The translations under genes and the position numbers were made by a program. Below, one piece after another: positions 26,971 through 37,090 of a DNA stretch of 64,000 bases. The notes under the pieces were generated by a model. The model was not told the DNA's origin, made no database searches, and saw only the letters and a list, made by a program, of their open reading frames with translations. Where the stretch lies: IMG/VR virus record IMGVR_UViG_3300011116_001229, one strand, 5' to 3'. Each line of letters opens with the position of its first letter. Position 1 is the stretch's first letter. Source of the stretch: a virus. Taxonomy: Duplodnaviria; Caudoviricetes.

Positions 26971-28428
26971 ATGCAAGCGATGCGAAAGTCAGGTGCCTCT
27001 GTTAGAGATAGCAGATTTGATCATCCTCCTTATGTGCCTGAGGACGATAAACCCATCGACGCTTCGGATGTGGTTGACCCATCAGCTCTGGCTGTAGATC
27101 CGAATAATGAAAATTTTATTCCATCTAATAAAGATGAGCTAAAATTAGCTGTGCAAACAATGCTATCCGATATAGATAATTTAGAAATACCAAGAACATA
27201 TCAGATAATCAAAAAATCAATTGATAAGATGCGCGAGGAGCAAGAAATGAAAAAATTGAGTGCCGTTGATGAGTCAATAATTCGCCGTGTAATTAGAAGC
27301 TTTTTAAATGAAGCTCCCGCAATCTCAGCCCCGCAGTCAACATCAATCGACAAATATGCAACCGACCCCGAGATAGTTGATCTTGTTTTAAGCTTTAAGC
27401 CAAGTGAAAAAGATGAAGGCGAAGAGTCTAAGAAAAAGAAACTAGTCAATTTGCAAAAACAAGTCGAACGTAAGCTTAAGTCAAAAGGTATCAAAGCAGA
27501 TGTAGAAATGATGGCAGCGCAAGTAATGGATAAAATTTTAGATCCTCGAAATGCTGCCGCTAGAGACCAGTATCTTAAGTCTTATGAAGTGACAAAGCTT
27601 GACCCTGGCGCCTCTGCTTCATATGGTCCCGGAGATCCTAAGTGGGAATCAGAAGTTAAGAGTCTTAGAAGCACACTTCAAGGAATGTCATTTGATAAGG
27701 AAGTTGACAAGGGCATTAGTTCAGCAGCGCTTAGAATCGTTAAGAATCACGCTGATAATCCTGTCAATCTAGTCAAGAAGACTGCTCGCTGGCTTAAAGA
27801 CAATGTTTCTGGTGACATTGGAGCAAACCTTTCGCTAGTTATTCAAACAGTAATTGATCTTGGCGATGACTCTGGTGATGAAGACGTCAAAAAAACTGGC
27901 ATGAGCATGCTAGACGTGATCAAATCCCAGCCGAAACTTGTGCCTAGTGAAAAGAAAGCAAAGACGGGGGATGAGTCTCGTGATGCGATTGCATCAGCTG
28001 TTGGTGTCAAATATGGCACAAACGTTCGCGGTATAGAAGAAGAAGCACTTCAAAAATTTAAAGAACGAATCTCACCAGACTCAACTGTAACTGACGCTGA
28101 GCTAAAAGCTAGCGTTGAAATTGCAGTCATGTATGCGTTAAAAGACTTCTTAAACGCAATTCCCGAGTCTGATCTTTATTCCAAGGAAGATATTGCACTT
28201 CTTAAATCTCACCCAGATATAGCAACTGAACTTCCAATATTTAGAGTCTTCTTAAATGGTTATCTTGATAATCTTGATGTTGATGAATTTGTTGACAATC
28301 CAGATAATACTAGCATAAAAAATGCCGCATTGAGAAACGGTCTCAGGGCACTTAAGGGTGAACTTAAGAAAGTCTTTAAAGACGAACCAGCTGAGCTAGC
28401 TCCGGAGCTGACAGACAAATACATCTAA
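26971..28428 (+). CDS. large hypothetical protein
   Basis: Internal 'SIIRRVIRSFLNEAP' motif; ATG 26971 follows the preceding stop. Confidence 0.65.
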   Translation: MQAMRKSGASVRDSRFDHPPYVPEDDKPIDASDVVDPSALAVDPNNENFIPSNKDELKLAVQTMLSDIDNLEIPRTYQIIKKSIDKMREEQEMKKLSAVDESIIRRVIRSFLNEAPAISAPQSTSIDKYATDPEIVDLVLSFKPSEKDEGEESKKKKLVNLQKQVERKLKSKGIKADVEMMAAQVMDKILDPRNAAARDQYLKSYEVTKLDPGASASYGPGDPKWESEVKSLRSTLQGMSFDKEVDKGISSAALRIVKNHADNPVNLVKKTARWLKDNVSGDIGANLSLVIQTVIDLGDDSGDEDVKKTGMSMLDVIKSQPKLVPSEKKAKTGDESRDAIASAVGVKYGTNVRGIEEEALQKFKERISPDSTVTDAELKASVEIAVMYALKDFLNAIPESDLYSKEDIALLKSHPDIATELPIFRVFLNGYLDNLDVDEFVDNPDNTSIKNAALRNGLRALKGELKKVFKDEPAELAPELTDKYI

Positions 28429-28437
28429 TGGTGAAGT

Positions 28438-29196
28438 ATGACCCGAGATAGACAAATAGTAGCAGCTGTACAGTACGAACCAAGGCTCTTGGACGTGCAT
28501 TTTAATCTTTTGCAAGGCCAGCAACTTGCATTTGAAGCTGCAGCAAAGGGTGCAGCTGTAGTTGTTCTGCCGGAACTTTGTTTAAGCGGCTACGTTCTGA
28601 GAGATAAACAGGAAGCAGCTAGTTGTGCGCAAACATCAAATGGCTATCAAACTGAAGCCTTCATACCAATTGCTAAAAAATACAATACACACATTGTGTT
28701 TGGATTTGTTGAGCTAAAGGAAGGCAAACTTTATAATTCTGCAGCCGTAGTTGGTCCGCAAGGTTTAGTCGCAACATGTCAGAAGCACAATCTGTGGGGA
28801 AGTGACTATCTATGGGCAGAGTCGGCCGACAACTTGTTACCAGTTGTCACTACCAGCGTTGGTCGTCTAGGCGTTTTAATATGTCGTGATGCAATGAACA
28901 ACGACAGAGACACATATAAATTCTTTAAAGAGAATCACAAGTATTACAGAAAAGGTTCTGTTGATACAATAGCGCTATTGACTAACTGGGGCGCTGATTT
29001 TGGCTATCCTGATTCAACTTGGGTAGAATTAACTGAAGAGACTGGTGCTAACGTTATTGTGTCAAACAGAGTCGGTAAAGAGCGTGATATGAAATACAAG
29101 GGCGGGTCTTGCATTGTCGATAGAGAAAGAAAAGTTTGGACTCACGGATCCTCATTTAATGAGTCCGCCGTCGTCGGGGGTTATGTCATTCTATGA
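28438..29196 (+). CDS. carbon-nitrogen hydrolase (nitrilase superfamily)
   Basis: E-K-C triad: 'LPELCLSGY', 'QKHNLW', 'LICRD'; 'LYNSA'. Confidence 0.88.
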   Translation: MTRDRQIVAAVQYEPRLLDVHFNLLQGQQLAFEAAAKGAAVVVLPELCLSGYVLRDKQEAASCAQTSNGYQTEAFIPIAKKYNTHIVFGFVELKEGKLYNSAAVVGPQGLVATCQKHNLWGSDYLWAESADNLLPVVTTSVGRLGVLICRDAMNNDRDTYKFFKENHKYYRKGSVDTIALLTNWGADFGYPDSTWVELTEETGANVIVSNRVGKERDMKYKGGSCIVDRERKVWTHGSSFNESAVVGGYVIL

Positions 29197-29564
29197 TTCG
29201 ATCTCTTGCTGATTTGCATGAATCTTTTATCAATAAAGCTCGCGAGCCTATGATCAAAGGATCCCTTCCGGTGCAACCAAAAGAAGATTTTCTTCCGATT
29301 GTTGCCATGAATACCTGGAAGAAGTCGCAAGAATTTTACGTAAAAAAATTTGAATTTAGAACACAGAAACACCGAAACGATTTTATTAAAATTCTTCTTG
29401 AGTATGAAGACGAAGTTGAACATAATGCTAAGATGGTCGTGAACGAGGGATTAGTCGTTCTAATGCTTCAAACTAAAGATGTGGAAAAAGTCACAGAGTT
29501 AGACAAAGAGTATGCCAAATACGCAGATGCAGTGTATAAAGATGTAGTACTTTTACCAGCGTGA
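29193..29564 (+). CDS. pterin-4-alpha-carbinolamine dehydratase-like protein
   Basis: 'KKFEF...F...EHNA....LQTKD...VTELD..YA..AD' PCD/DCoH pattern. Confidence 0.7.
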   Translation: MIRSLADLHESFINKAREPMIKGSLPVQPKEDFLPIVAMNTWKKSQEFYVKKFEFRTQKHRNDFIKILLEYEDEVEHNAKMVVNEGLVVLMLQTKDVEKVTELDKEYAKYADAVYKDVVLLPA

Positions 29565-29566
29565 CT

Positions 29567-29980
29567 ATGATAGACCAAGACACAGCGCGATTATTAGTGA
29601 GTGAAGCTCTAAAAGACAGACTTGCAATTAAGGAGTCGGGAGAAGTAACTTTAGAACAGGGCAGTCCGTTAAACCTGGAATTAATCCTATCTGCAGACGA
29701 TCAAGATAAATTTTCATTTAGCGGTCCACTTATCGATCTTGAGATTAAATCACAAGTAGAAAAATTTTTGCAGTTTAAATCAAGTGTTCAAGATGCGTAT
29801 GAACTACTAAATTTATTAAACGGTCACACGTGCAAATGCTTTGAGTATAGCATTGTTTACCTTGGTAAGGCGGTAAAGTTTACTGGGCCTTACGATGCAA
29901 CTATTAGAAAAATAACAAATTTTGATTACTCAAAAAATCAGTGCACTGTCAGCATTGAACTAATTAAAACTGATCAATAA
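29567..29980 (+). CDS. hypothetical protein
   Basis: ORF in operon, 'LLVSE' motif. Confidence 0.55.
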   Translation: MIDQDTARLLVSEALKDRLAIKESGEVTLEQGSPLNLELILSADDQDKFSFSGPLIDLEIKSQVEKFLQFKSSVQDAYELLNLLNGHTCKCFEYSIVYLGKAVKFTGPYDATIRKITNFDYSKNQCTVSIELIKTDQ

Positions 29981-30001
29981 TTACAACAGAGGAAAAGTTT
30001 A

Positions 30002-30574
30002 ATGCAGCCTTCTAACACAAAGCGGTCCTTGACTGAAATTTTAGACAACATAATAAATCAAAGCTTGCGTTCAGCAAAAAAGAAATCTAAAAATCTTTTT
30101 GAAGCAGACGAGGCTGATCCTTTTGATGATGACGCCGCAGAAGGCAAACAAGACAAAGACACAAGCATCGTTGATGATAAAAAAGAGGAAGAAAAGCTCA
30201 AGAGGGGCGACATCACAGTTGACGATGTTATTGAAAAGTTAAATGCTATCAGATCAGGCAAGTCTTACAAAGATGAAGAAATTTTAACAAAGCTTTCTGA
30301 ATATATTGATGAACTTAAGGATGCAGAGAAAACTGCGTTATTAGCATTCTTGAAAGCGCTCGCTCAAATTGTAACAGGTGAAATTGCTACCAAAGATGTT
30401 TTAAAGCCCTCTGAAAAGCCCGTCGACGTAAAGATGGAAAAGGAACCCGCCGTCAAAAAGCGAACTATTAAGCCGATGGTGATCAAAAAACCTGAGATGG
30501 AAGATGAGAAGGAAAAGACCCCTGCCGAAGACACTAAAGGTCCGGTTCCAATCGTAGCTAAAAAGAAAGGTTGA
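30002..30574 (+). CDS. hypothetical charged protein
   Basis: ATAATTA 29977-29983, SD GAGG; 'LFEADE'. Confidence 0.65.
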   Translation: MQPSNTKRSLTEILDNIINQSLRSAKKKSKNLFEADEADPFDDDAAEGKQDKDTSIVDDKKEEEKLKRGDITVDDVIEKLNAIRSGKSYKDEEILTKLSEYIDELKDAEKTALLAFLKALAQIVTGEIATKDVLKPSEKPVDVKMEKEPAVKKRTIKPMVIKKPEMEDEKEKTPAEDTKGPVPIVAKKKG

Positions 30575-30577
30575 GTC

Positions 30578-30766
30578 ATGATGCAAGTCGCAGATACAGT
30601 TGATATTGTTCTTAGTTCAGGTGACATAGCATCTATAGAGATGTCATCAGAGCTCTTAAAAAGAATTAGACAAGCATATAACCTTGATGAAAGCCAACGG
30701 CCCACTGCGTCTCAGGTTAAATTCTTCTTAGCAAAATCAATGCAAAATGCTCTGGAGATGGAGTGA
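30578..30766 (+). CDS. small hypothetical protein
   Basis: 62-aa ORF packed between neighbours. Confidence 0.5.
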   Translation: MMQVADTVDIVLSSGDIASIEMSSELLKRIRQAYNLDESQRPTASQVKFFLAKSMQNALEME

Positions 30767-31050
30767 TGCACTTTAGCGTCATTAAACAGTACATTAGACT
30801 TATACTGACAGAAAGCAAGCTTAGAGAAGCAGAAATTTCTGGAGACAGAAAAGTTCCCTGGGGATGTCAAGATCACATTGACGATCTTGAAAACCGTGTT
30901 TTAGATGCAGAATATTGGCGCAATAAACATCCAAGAGGATCTGTAAAAAGATACCACTGGGGGACAGTTTTGCGTCAGCTCAAAGAAGAGCTAAAATCTG
31001 CGAAGAGGACTGCACAACAAAGACAGTTGCACGAAAAAGACGAGGAATAA
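30763..31050 (+). CDS. hypothetical protein with YIRLILTE motif
   Basis: 95-aa ORF, stop/start overlap. Confidence 0.6.
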   Translation: MMHFSVIKQYIRLILTESKLREAEISGDRKVPWGCQDHIDDLENRVLDAEYWRNKHPRGSVKRYHWGTVLRQLKEELKSAKRTAQQRQLHEKDEE

Positions 31051-31051
31051 A

Positions 31052-32242
31052 ATGGGTGGCGCAGCTGGGCATCTTCAGCACTTGTACGAAGATAGAGATC
31101 TCACTTTTAAAGATCTTAAAAAGATTTTAAGTGACGCCTCACAGGGTAACCTCGAGGAGGTGACAGAGAAGTTCGATGGCATGAACATAATGTTCAGCTG
31201 GGAATATTCTACGAATGCTCTTCGCGTCGCACGATCTGATGGCGATATAAAGCGCGGCGGGATGAATGCAAAGCAGCTATCAGAAAAATTTAAGGGCCGA
31301 GGTCAACTCTCCGAAGCATTTAACAATGCTTACAAGGTCTTGCGAGGAACTCTTAGCACATTGTCACAGCATGACAAAAAAAGCATCTTCGGCACCAATA
31401 AAAACAGATGGTATTCGGTTGAAGTAATTTACGCGGAAAATCCAAACGTAATTAATTACGATTGTAATGCGCTGACATTTCATAGCTGGCCCGTTAAGTC
31501 GCTGAATTCGAACAGGGTTGTCGTAGTTGAAGCCCCAGAGGCTGCTGACACTTTGATTAAAAATGTTGATAAGATGCAGAAATCTCTTGTGCAGTCAACA
31601 TGGAAAGTCTCAGGCCCGTTTATCTTGAAATTAAAGCGGTTGTCTGATGGTACCAGCTTAAAAGAGGCTGTGAACACTGTCAATGCAGCAATGATGAGAG
31701 CGGGCGTTTCTGACAGAAATACCTTAGGCGACTATTTGCGTTCACTTCTCGAAGAAAGTGTTCTTGATCTCATGCTCACTCCAAAGGTTTCGGAGATGGT
31801 AGTCTCTCGATGCATGGAAGACTCTTTTGCACCTTCTCTGATTGATATTAAAAAACTAGTTGAAAAAAATGAATATGTTGCAATTAGACAATTTGTAGAG
31901 AATTGTCCGAGCCTATTCAGAGAATATCTGCAACCCATCAAGCATGCCATTAACGTACTGGCTACTGAAATGCTAGAGGGGCTGAAGTCGTCGTTAATCT
32001 CCAATGGAGAGCAAGAAATTTCTAGGATTAGGCAGACTGTTAGCTCAAAAATTAGTGAAATTACAGCTTTGGGAGACAAGAAAACTTCTCATCTTCTTGA
32101 AGAGCATCTACGCAGTTTAGGATCAATTGACAGAATTGTAACTCCTGTCGAAGGTGTCGTGTTCGTCTACAAAGGACGCACTTATAAATTTACAGGTTCT
32201 TTTAGCGCAGTTAATCAAATTCTTGGACTGACTCGTTATTAG
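31052..32242 (+). CDS. covalent nucleotidyltransferase (RNA/DNA ligase-like; DUF6267-like)
   Basis: 'MGGAAGHLQHLYE', motif I 'EKFDG', motif IV 'EGVVF', motif V 'YKFTG'. Confidence 0.7.
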   Translation: MGGAAGHLQHLYEDRDLTFKDLKKILSDASQGNLEEVTEKFDGMNIMFSWEYSTNALRVARSDGDIKRGGMNAKQLSEKFKGRGQLSEAFNNAYKVLRGTLSTLSQHDKKSIFGTNKNRWYSVEVIYAENPNVINYDCNALTFHSWPVKSLNSNRVVVVEAPEAADTLIKNVDKMQKSLVQSTWKVSGPFILKLKRLSDGTSLKEAVNTVNAAMMRAGVSDRNTLGDYLRSLLEESVLDLMLTPKVSEMVVSRCMEDSFAPSLIDIKKLVEKNEYVAIRQFVENCPSLFREYLQPIKHAINVLATEMLEGLKSSLISNGEQEISRIRQTVSSKISEITALGDKKTSHLLEEHLRSLGSIDRIVTPVEGVVFVYKGRTYKFTGSFSAVNQILGLTRY

Positions 32243-32245
32243 TAT

Positions 32246-32836
32246 CTAGCTTGCTAAAATATTTCTAATGAATGTTCTTAACAAGGATTCATTTTTCTTT
32301 TTAAGAAGCATACTAGCTATCTCTTTGCTGTGCTTCCTCACATTGGGAGGTAACATTTCAGCAAAGCTTTTAAGATCCCCTGCTTCAAGATATGATCTCA
32401 TTGCGGTGCCGCTGATATCAGGCGTCTCGAACCCGCGAGCCACGCCCCGAGTATTAATCTGGCCTGCAGCCGCTAGTGTCGGCGCGTACTGCATGAGAGA
32501 CTTTTCATTAAATCGCTGAATGTCTTCACTGTCTGAATAGATAGTGAAATTATCTTCTGATTTTTCAGACTCGGCTTTCTCCAATTCCTTCCAGACAGCT
32601 GCAACAGGTACACCAACGTCTATCATCTGCACTTTGCTTGGCAAGCTTGGTCTGACAAATTTATCAATTACTTTCTGCATGTCAGCACCATAAAGTGGAA
32701 GTTCACCCTTTCGTGTTCTATCCGCTGTTGAACTAAAAACATAGACTAGATCATTTTCATCAGCTGCAATTCTGATGAGTGCATCGTGTCCTGCGTGGTA
32801 GGGCTTGAAGCTTCCTGGAACGAGACCAATTTTCAT
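32246..32836 (-). CDS. cytidylyltransferase-family (HIGH-type) nucleotidyltransferase
   Basis: 'PGSFKPYHAGH', 'ISGTAMR'. Confidence 0.85.
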   Translation of the reverse strand: MKIGLVPGSFKPYHAGHDALIRIAADENDLVYVFSSTADRTRKGELPLYGADMQKVIDKFVRPSLPSKVQMIDVGVPVAAVWKELEKAESEKSEDNFTIYSDSEDIQRFNEKSLMQYAPTLAAAGQINTRGVARGFETPDISGTAMRSYLEAGDLKSFAEMLPPNVRKHSKEIASMLLKKKNESLLRTFIRNILAS

Positions 32837-32875
32837 ATGCCTATATTTATCTCATGGAGAGAGTAAGATAAATTC

Positions 32876-33277
32876 ATGAGTGGCGTAATTTCCTGCGGTG
32901 CTGTTGTGTACAGGTTAAATCCTGCACCACAAATTTTACTCATCAAGCAAAGCAGATATGACGATCTCTGGGGTATTCCAAAAGGTCATATGGAACCTGG
33001 TGAAACTTTTATAGAAACGGCATGTAGAGAAGTTAGAGAAGAGACTGGCGTGAAGATACAAGTTGTGAGTCGTCTTCCTCATGTCGTCTTAAAAAAGAAA
33101 AAATTTAAGAAAACAGTCATTCCATACCTTGCTGTGCAAATTTGTAACTCAAAGCCCCGCTGCGATGATGAGAACAGTGAAGTTCATGATGTGAGATGGT
33201 TCAATATCAATTGTCTACCACCGATCTATAATTATCAGCAACCCGTCATTGAAGCCGCCTTACTATTCATCTCATAG
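32876..33277 (+). CDS. NUDIX hydrolase
   Basis: Nudix box 'GHMEPGETFIETACREVREETG'. Confidence 0.92.
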   Translation: MSGVISCGAVVYRLNPAPQILLIKQSRYDDLWGIPKGHMEPGETFIETACREVREETGVKIQVVSRLPHVVLKKKKFKKTVIPYLAVQICNSKPRCDDENSEVHDVRWFNINCLPPIYNYQQPVIEAALLFIS

Positions 33278-33297
33278 TTATATTTACGTAAGATAAA

Positions 33298-34467
33298 ATG
33301 AATTCCCGACAAGAACGCCTTCTAAAAGAATATATTCGTCAGTCATTATCCGAAAAAAGCAAAAGCCTGAATGAGGACTCGGGATTTGATGCCGGCTTAG
33401 GATTAGGCGGCGCAGATTGGGCTGGGTATGCAAAACTAGGCGTTGGACCATTCATGGACCCTATGTTTTATACGGGTGGTAGAGACCCGAATCCCTTGCT
33501 TAAAGCTTTCGTGGAACCCTTTGCCGACGTTTTTAAGACTGCTGTAGCGGGAGCTAAAAAAGTCACAACAGACGTCGCCACACTGATGAGAGTCGTATTT
33601 GAAGGTGCAATCTCTGCAATAATTCCAGGTATATCCGCTGATTATCAAGCCATATTTGATCGACGAGATGAAAAGATGGCTAAACTAGAGTCTGAATACG
33701 CTGATGTGTTTGAGAGAACGGACGCTGCGCTGAAGGACGACGCAAAACTCCTAGCTTTTATGGCAAATCCAGCCGTGTTCTTGGCGGGCTCTGCTGCGCT
33801 AAAAGCTCCTGCTGCCACTAAAGAACTCTTGTCTGTTGCAACAGGTGGTGCCACAGACACTGCTTTTGAGAGCGCAAAGTCAGCATGGGAAAAAATAGAA
33901 CGAGCATTGTTGTCGGGTGACATTACAGCGAAAAAAGCTGCTGCTCGTAAAGAGAGCGTCTACGAAGATTTGATTGCATCTATCGGCGGCGGCGGAAGAT
34001 CGTCAAAGAGAGAATCAATCAATAGATCGTCTGTATTTCGTATTAATGAAGAAAAAGAGTCTGACAGCTTTAAAGATTTTCTTAAAGATGTTCTTAAAAA
34101 TGACAGTGTTAGACAAGCAATTTCTCAAAAGATCAAAAGCAACGATCGAATGAAAGATCTGCATAAAAAACTTGCAAGCATAGAAACTGATACTCTCAAA
34201 GAGGCAGAGCAATCTGCACAGAAGTTTATCAATCAGGTTAGTAGCTTCGAGGGTGTAAAAAATCTTGCTTCTAAAAATCCTAAAATCAAACAACAGATTG
34301 AAAATCTGAACGATCCAAAGGCACAAAAAATGCTAGTTGACAATGTCGAAAAAGCGACCAAGACTGTGTTTATTTCTACATTGTCTACGAGGCTTAAAAT
34401 GCTTCCAAAGGGTTCTGAAGAACGCAAGCAATATGAACAGGCGCTTGCTAAAGTTACAAAACTCTGA
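33298..34467 (+). CDS. hypothetical protein with LLKEYIRQSLSE N-terminus
   Basis: Overlapping ATAGTTA/ATATTTA 33274-33286 upstream. Confidence 0.7.
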   Translation: MNSRQERLLKEYIRQSLSEKSKSLNEDSGFDAGLGLGGADWAGYAKLGVGPFMDPMFYTGGRDPNPLLKAFVEPFADVFKTAVAGAKKVTTDVATLMRVVFEGAISAIIPGISADYQAIFDRRDEKMAKLESEYADVFERTDAALKDDAKLLAFMANPAVFLAGSAALKAPAATKELLSVATGGATDTAFESAKSAWEKIERALLSGDITAKKAAARKESVYEDLIASIGGGGRSSKRESINRSSVFRINEEKESDSFKDFLKDVLKNDSVRQAISQKIKSNDRMKDLHKKLASIETDTLKEAEQSAQKFINQVSSFEGVKNLASKNPKIKQQIENLNDPKAQKMLVDNVEKATKTVFISTLSTRLKMLPKGSEERKQYEQALAKVTKL

Positions 34468-34501
34468 ACAAAATTCTTCTTCTTGTGTATGATATTCAAT
34501 C

Positions 34502-34792
34502 ATGCCAAAGAAGCAACCGAAAAATTATAATATTGCAATTATGCAGCCTGATGAGATTGGTGCTCTGCGCACTCTTGTCAAAGAGTTTGTAACCAAAATT
34601 AATGCTGTTGATAATGAGATTGAACTTCTCAAGGGCGATAGAAAAGAAATCATCGAAGAATATACCGACAAGCTTGATATGAAGACACTTCAAGCGGCAT
34701 TGAAGGTTACAAAAATTCAGAATGAAGTTGCGCATAGAGACACTTTTGATATGTTCCTTGAAGCATTAAATGAAGGGAATGAGCAATCTTGA
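34502..34792 (+). CDS. GapR/T4 DsbA-like dsDNA-binding protein
   Basis: 'FVTKINAVDNEIELLKGDRKEII....D.K.L...L' helical pattern. Confidence 0.55.
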   Translation: MPKKQPKNYNIAIMQPDEIGALRTLVKEFVTKINAVDNEIELLKGDRKEIIEEYTDKLDMKTLQAALKVTKIQNEVAHRDTFDMFLEALNEGNEQS

Positions 34793-35181
34793 AGTCTAAG
34801 AAAAAAGTCAAGGAAGAAGAAAAGATCAAGAAGATCAAACTTTTTGAACTAAAGCTTTCTAAAATTGAACTTATTCACTTAAGGGACATGCTCAGTATTC
34901 TATTCCCCTCTGCAGAGGAGAAAACAATAAGTCAGGCACTTGCAGCTTCTGAACATCGAACATTTGAAGAAGTTTCTTTATGGAAGAAGATTGCTTCTTT
35001 GTGTGTAGATGCTGAAGTGCCTATTGACGATGAAGCGCCCGATTATGCCGTAGTTCCAACTGGGCATGCTCCAATGGGAGTTTTTATGCTTGGTCAGGAT
35101 GATGAGGAGCAAGCTAAGCTATCTTTTCTAAAAGAGCAGACAGAAAATTCTGAAACAAGCAAAGACATTGATGAGGAATAA
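34789..35181 (+). CDS. hypothetical protein
   Basis: 130-aa ORF in operon. Confidence 0.55.
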   Translation: MKSKKKVKEEEKIKKIKLFELKLSKIELIHLRDMLSILFPSAEEKTISQALAASEHRTFEEVSLWKKIASLCVDAEVPIDDEAPDYAVVPTGHAPMGVFMLGQDDEEQAKLSFLKEQTENSETSKDIDEE

Positions 35182-35182
35182 T

Positions 35183-35629
35183 ATGTACGAGATTGGTCAA
35201 GTTTTATTTGTTGTTCTTGCGAGCAAGCAGCAGATATTTCCCATGCAAGTGGTTGAAACTGTCACAAAGAAGACTTTAGAAGGTGAAGAAGTCAAATATT
35301 GTCTTCAGGCAGGATCAGACAAGTCTACAAAAATTATGCTTGATCAATTAGAAGGTGAAGTCTTTATTTCTGCAGAAGAAGCTAGAAGCACGCTTGTAGA
35401 GAGAGCAACTTCTCAAATTAATGCTCTTGTTGCTGCCGCAGAGAAAAAAGCAAGAGTCTGGTATTCGACAGAAACTGAACAAAACAAGATTGATACACGA
35501 TCATTTATGAAGCAGACTGAAGAACTAAAAGTTTCTTATTTAGACGAAGATGACCAAGAAGAAAGCATGGTCGTTTTACCTGATGGGCAAGTAGCAAAAA
35601 TTAAAATGCCAGTTGATAAAGCTGTCTAA
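35183..35629 (+). CDS. hypothetical protein (YEIGQV N-terminus)
   Basis: SD GAGG before ATG 35183. Confidence 0.6.
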   Translation: MYEIGQVLFVVLASKQQIFPMQVVETVTKKTLEGEEVKYCLQAGSDKSTKIMLDQLEGEVFISAEEARSTLVERATSQINALVAAAEKKARVWYSTETEQNKIDTRSFMKQTEELKVSYLDEDDQEESMVVLPDGQVAKIKMPVDKAV

Positions 35630-35646
35630 AAAGATAGTTATCAACT

Positions 35647-36165
35647 ATGAAGATAACAATTAATGCCTTGAAGACTCTTGTCAGAGAGTCGCTAGATACC
35701 ACGAGGATCATAAAAGAAAGACCATGGGCTGTTGAACATGAATTTTCTTTAGGCTCAGGAAAAGCTGAGGACTCTGAGGGTGTTGCACCCGATGGTTTTG
35801 CGATTGTTCTCAAGGGCGAATCGGGTAAAACAGTACGTGTTATTGTTGACACTTACTGGAATCCGCAATCAGGCGACAAATCAGGAAATTCTTTGAAGAT
35901 TGAAATAGACGGTCAGCAACCTGCTGCTGCAGAGACTTACGTCCCGGTCAGATTTGACACAGGCACCAAACAAAAAATAATCATTTCAAACTCTCCTCTT
36001 TCTGGACTGCTTACAGTAGCACACGCTGCTGACCTCAAGGCTGTGCCTATTGTATTATTAGCGGTAAAAAATCCATTTGATATTGACGAAGATATTGAAT
36101 TTGATACAAAGAATTTAGGCAATGGTGAATTCAAAGCCGATGTTGTGAGATTTTCATCAATCTAG
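35647..36165 (+). CDS. hypothetical protein with MKITINALKTLVRESL N-terminus and legume-lectin-like segment
   Basis: ATAGTTA 35634-35640; 'DGFAIVL...VIVDTY' resembles L-type lectin/ConA strands. Confidence 0.55.
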   Translation: MKITINALKTLVRESLDTTRIIKERPWAVEHEFSLGSGKAEDSEGVAPDGFAIVLKGESGKTVRVIVDTYWNPQSGDKSGNSLKIEIDGQQPAAAETYVPVRFDTGTKQKIIISNSPLSGLLTVAHAADLKAVPIVLLAVKNPFDIDEDIEFDTKNLGNGEFKADVVRFSSI

Positions 36166-36170
36166 AACAT

Positions 36171-36200
36171 TTGCAAAATTGCGCCCAGATGTGGTAAAGT
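36171..36200 (+). promoter_or_regulatory. sigma70-like promoter
   Basis: TTGCAA-18 nt-TAAAGT with extended TG; ATG 36208 is 7 nt downstream. Confidence 0.55.
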
Positions 36201-36207
36201 TTATTAC

Positions 36208-36792
36208 ATGGGAATAGGAAAAATTGACCTCTGCGAAGCTAAGTTAATCGCAGAAAAAGTTCTCAGTCACATCGCACCTTCAATGAGTCGGGTTGAAGTA
36301 GCTGGATCTATTCGCCGTCGAAAAGCAATCGTTGGCGATATTGAAATTTGTGGCATCCCAGGAGACAGAGAAAAACTCATTAAATTGCTGGGTGATGTTG
36401 GTCAACACATTAAACCCGGTGTACCTGGAGTGGTTCCATGGGAACCGAAGACCACTGCCAAGTATCTTCGAGTACGCCTTCAAGAAGACATGAATCTTGA
36501 TGTGTTCTTGGCAACTCCTCAGAACTGGGGTGGTCTGTACATGATGCGGACCGGCAGCGGCGCAAGTCCTGATGGAAACACTTTTCATGGCTTCATTCCT
36601 GGTATCTTTGGACGATGGAAGAAGATGTCCGGCGGCGGCCGCATGACCGACTGCATGCCTACTATGCCGTCCGGGGAACAACTTTGGGTCCCTGAAGAGC
36701 AGGACTTCTTTGATCTTTTGGAGATGAATTTTGTCCCTCCTGAGCAGCGCATCACAAAAGGCGCCATTAAGAAACATGTCAAGGTGGCTTAA
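36208..36792 (+). CDS. polX: minimal family X DNA polymerase (palm + thumb only)
   Basis: 'VAGSIRRRKAIVGDIEI', 'LDVFL', 'RTGS', 'EEQDFFDLLEMNFVPPEQR'. Confidence 0.8.
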   Translation: MGIGKIDLCEAKLIAEKVLSHIAPSMSRVEVAGSIRRRKAIVGDIEICGIPGDREKLIKLLGDVGQHIKPGVPGVVPWEPKTTAKYLRVRLQEDMNLDVFLATPQNWGGLYMMRTGSGASPDGNTFHGFIPGIFGRWKKMSGGGRMTDCMPTMPSGEQLWVPEEQDFFDLLEMNFVPPEQRITKGAIKKHVKVA

Positions 36793-36819
36793 AATTAGAG
36801 TCACAGCATAATTGTAGCT

Positions 36820-37089
36820 GTGGTCATAGAGAACTTAACAGTGGGTGCGCTAGTCATACCTAGAGTACCCACGCAACTATTTTCAAGTCTTTTCAAGAAC
36901 TCTGCCGACGGTGCTGTGTTCGCCCCAGATCCGAGCGTATTTGTGTGGGAGCCGCCCGAGATGGCTGTAGTCGTCGAGGTATTTGAGATGCCGTTCGACA
37001 GAAAAAAGCTTTACAGAGTCTTATTGAATCGAGGCGGAGTAGGCTGGGTGTGGGACGATAAACTTCTCTCTGTCTACAAGGAAAGCTAG
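36820..37089 (+). CDS. small SH3/KOW-like hypothetical protein
   Basis: 'LTVGALV...GWVW'. Confidence 0.5.
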   Translation: MVIENLTVGALVIPRVPTQLFSSLFKNSADGAVFAPDPSVFVWEPPEMAVVVEVFEMPFDRKKLYRVLLNRGGVGWVWDDKLLSVYKES

Positions 37090-37090
37090 C

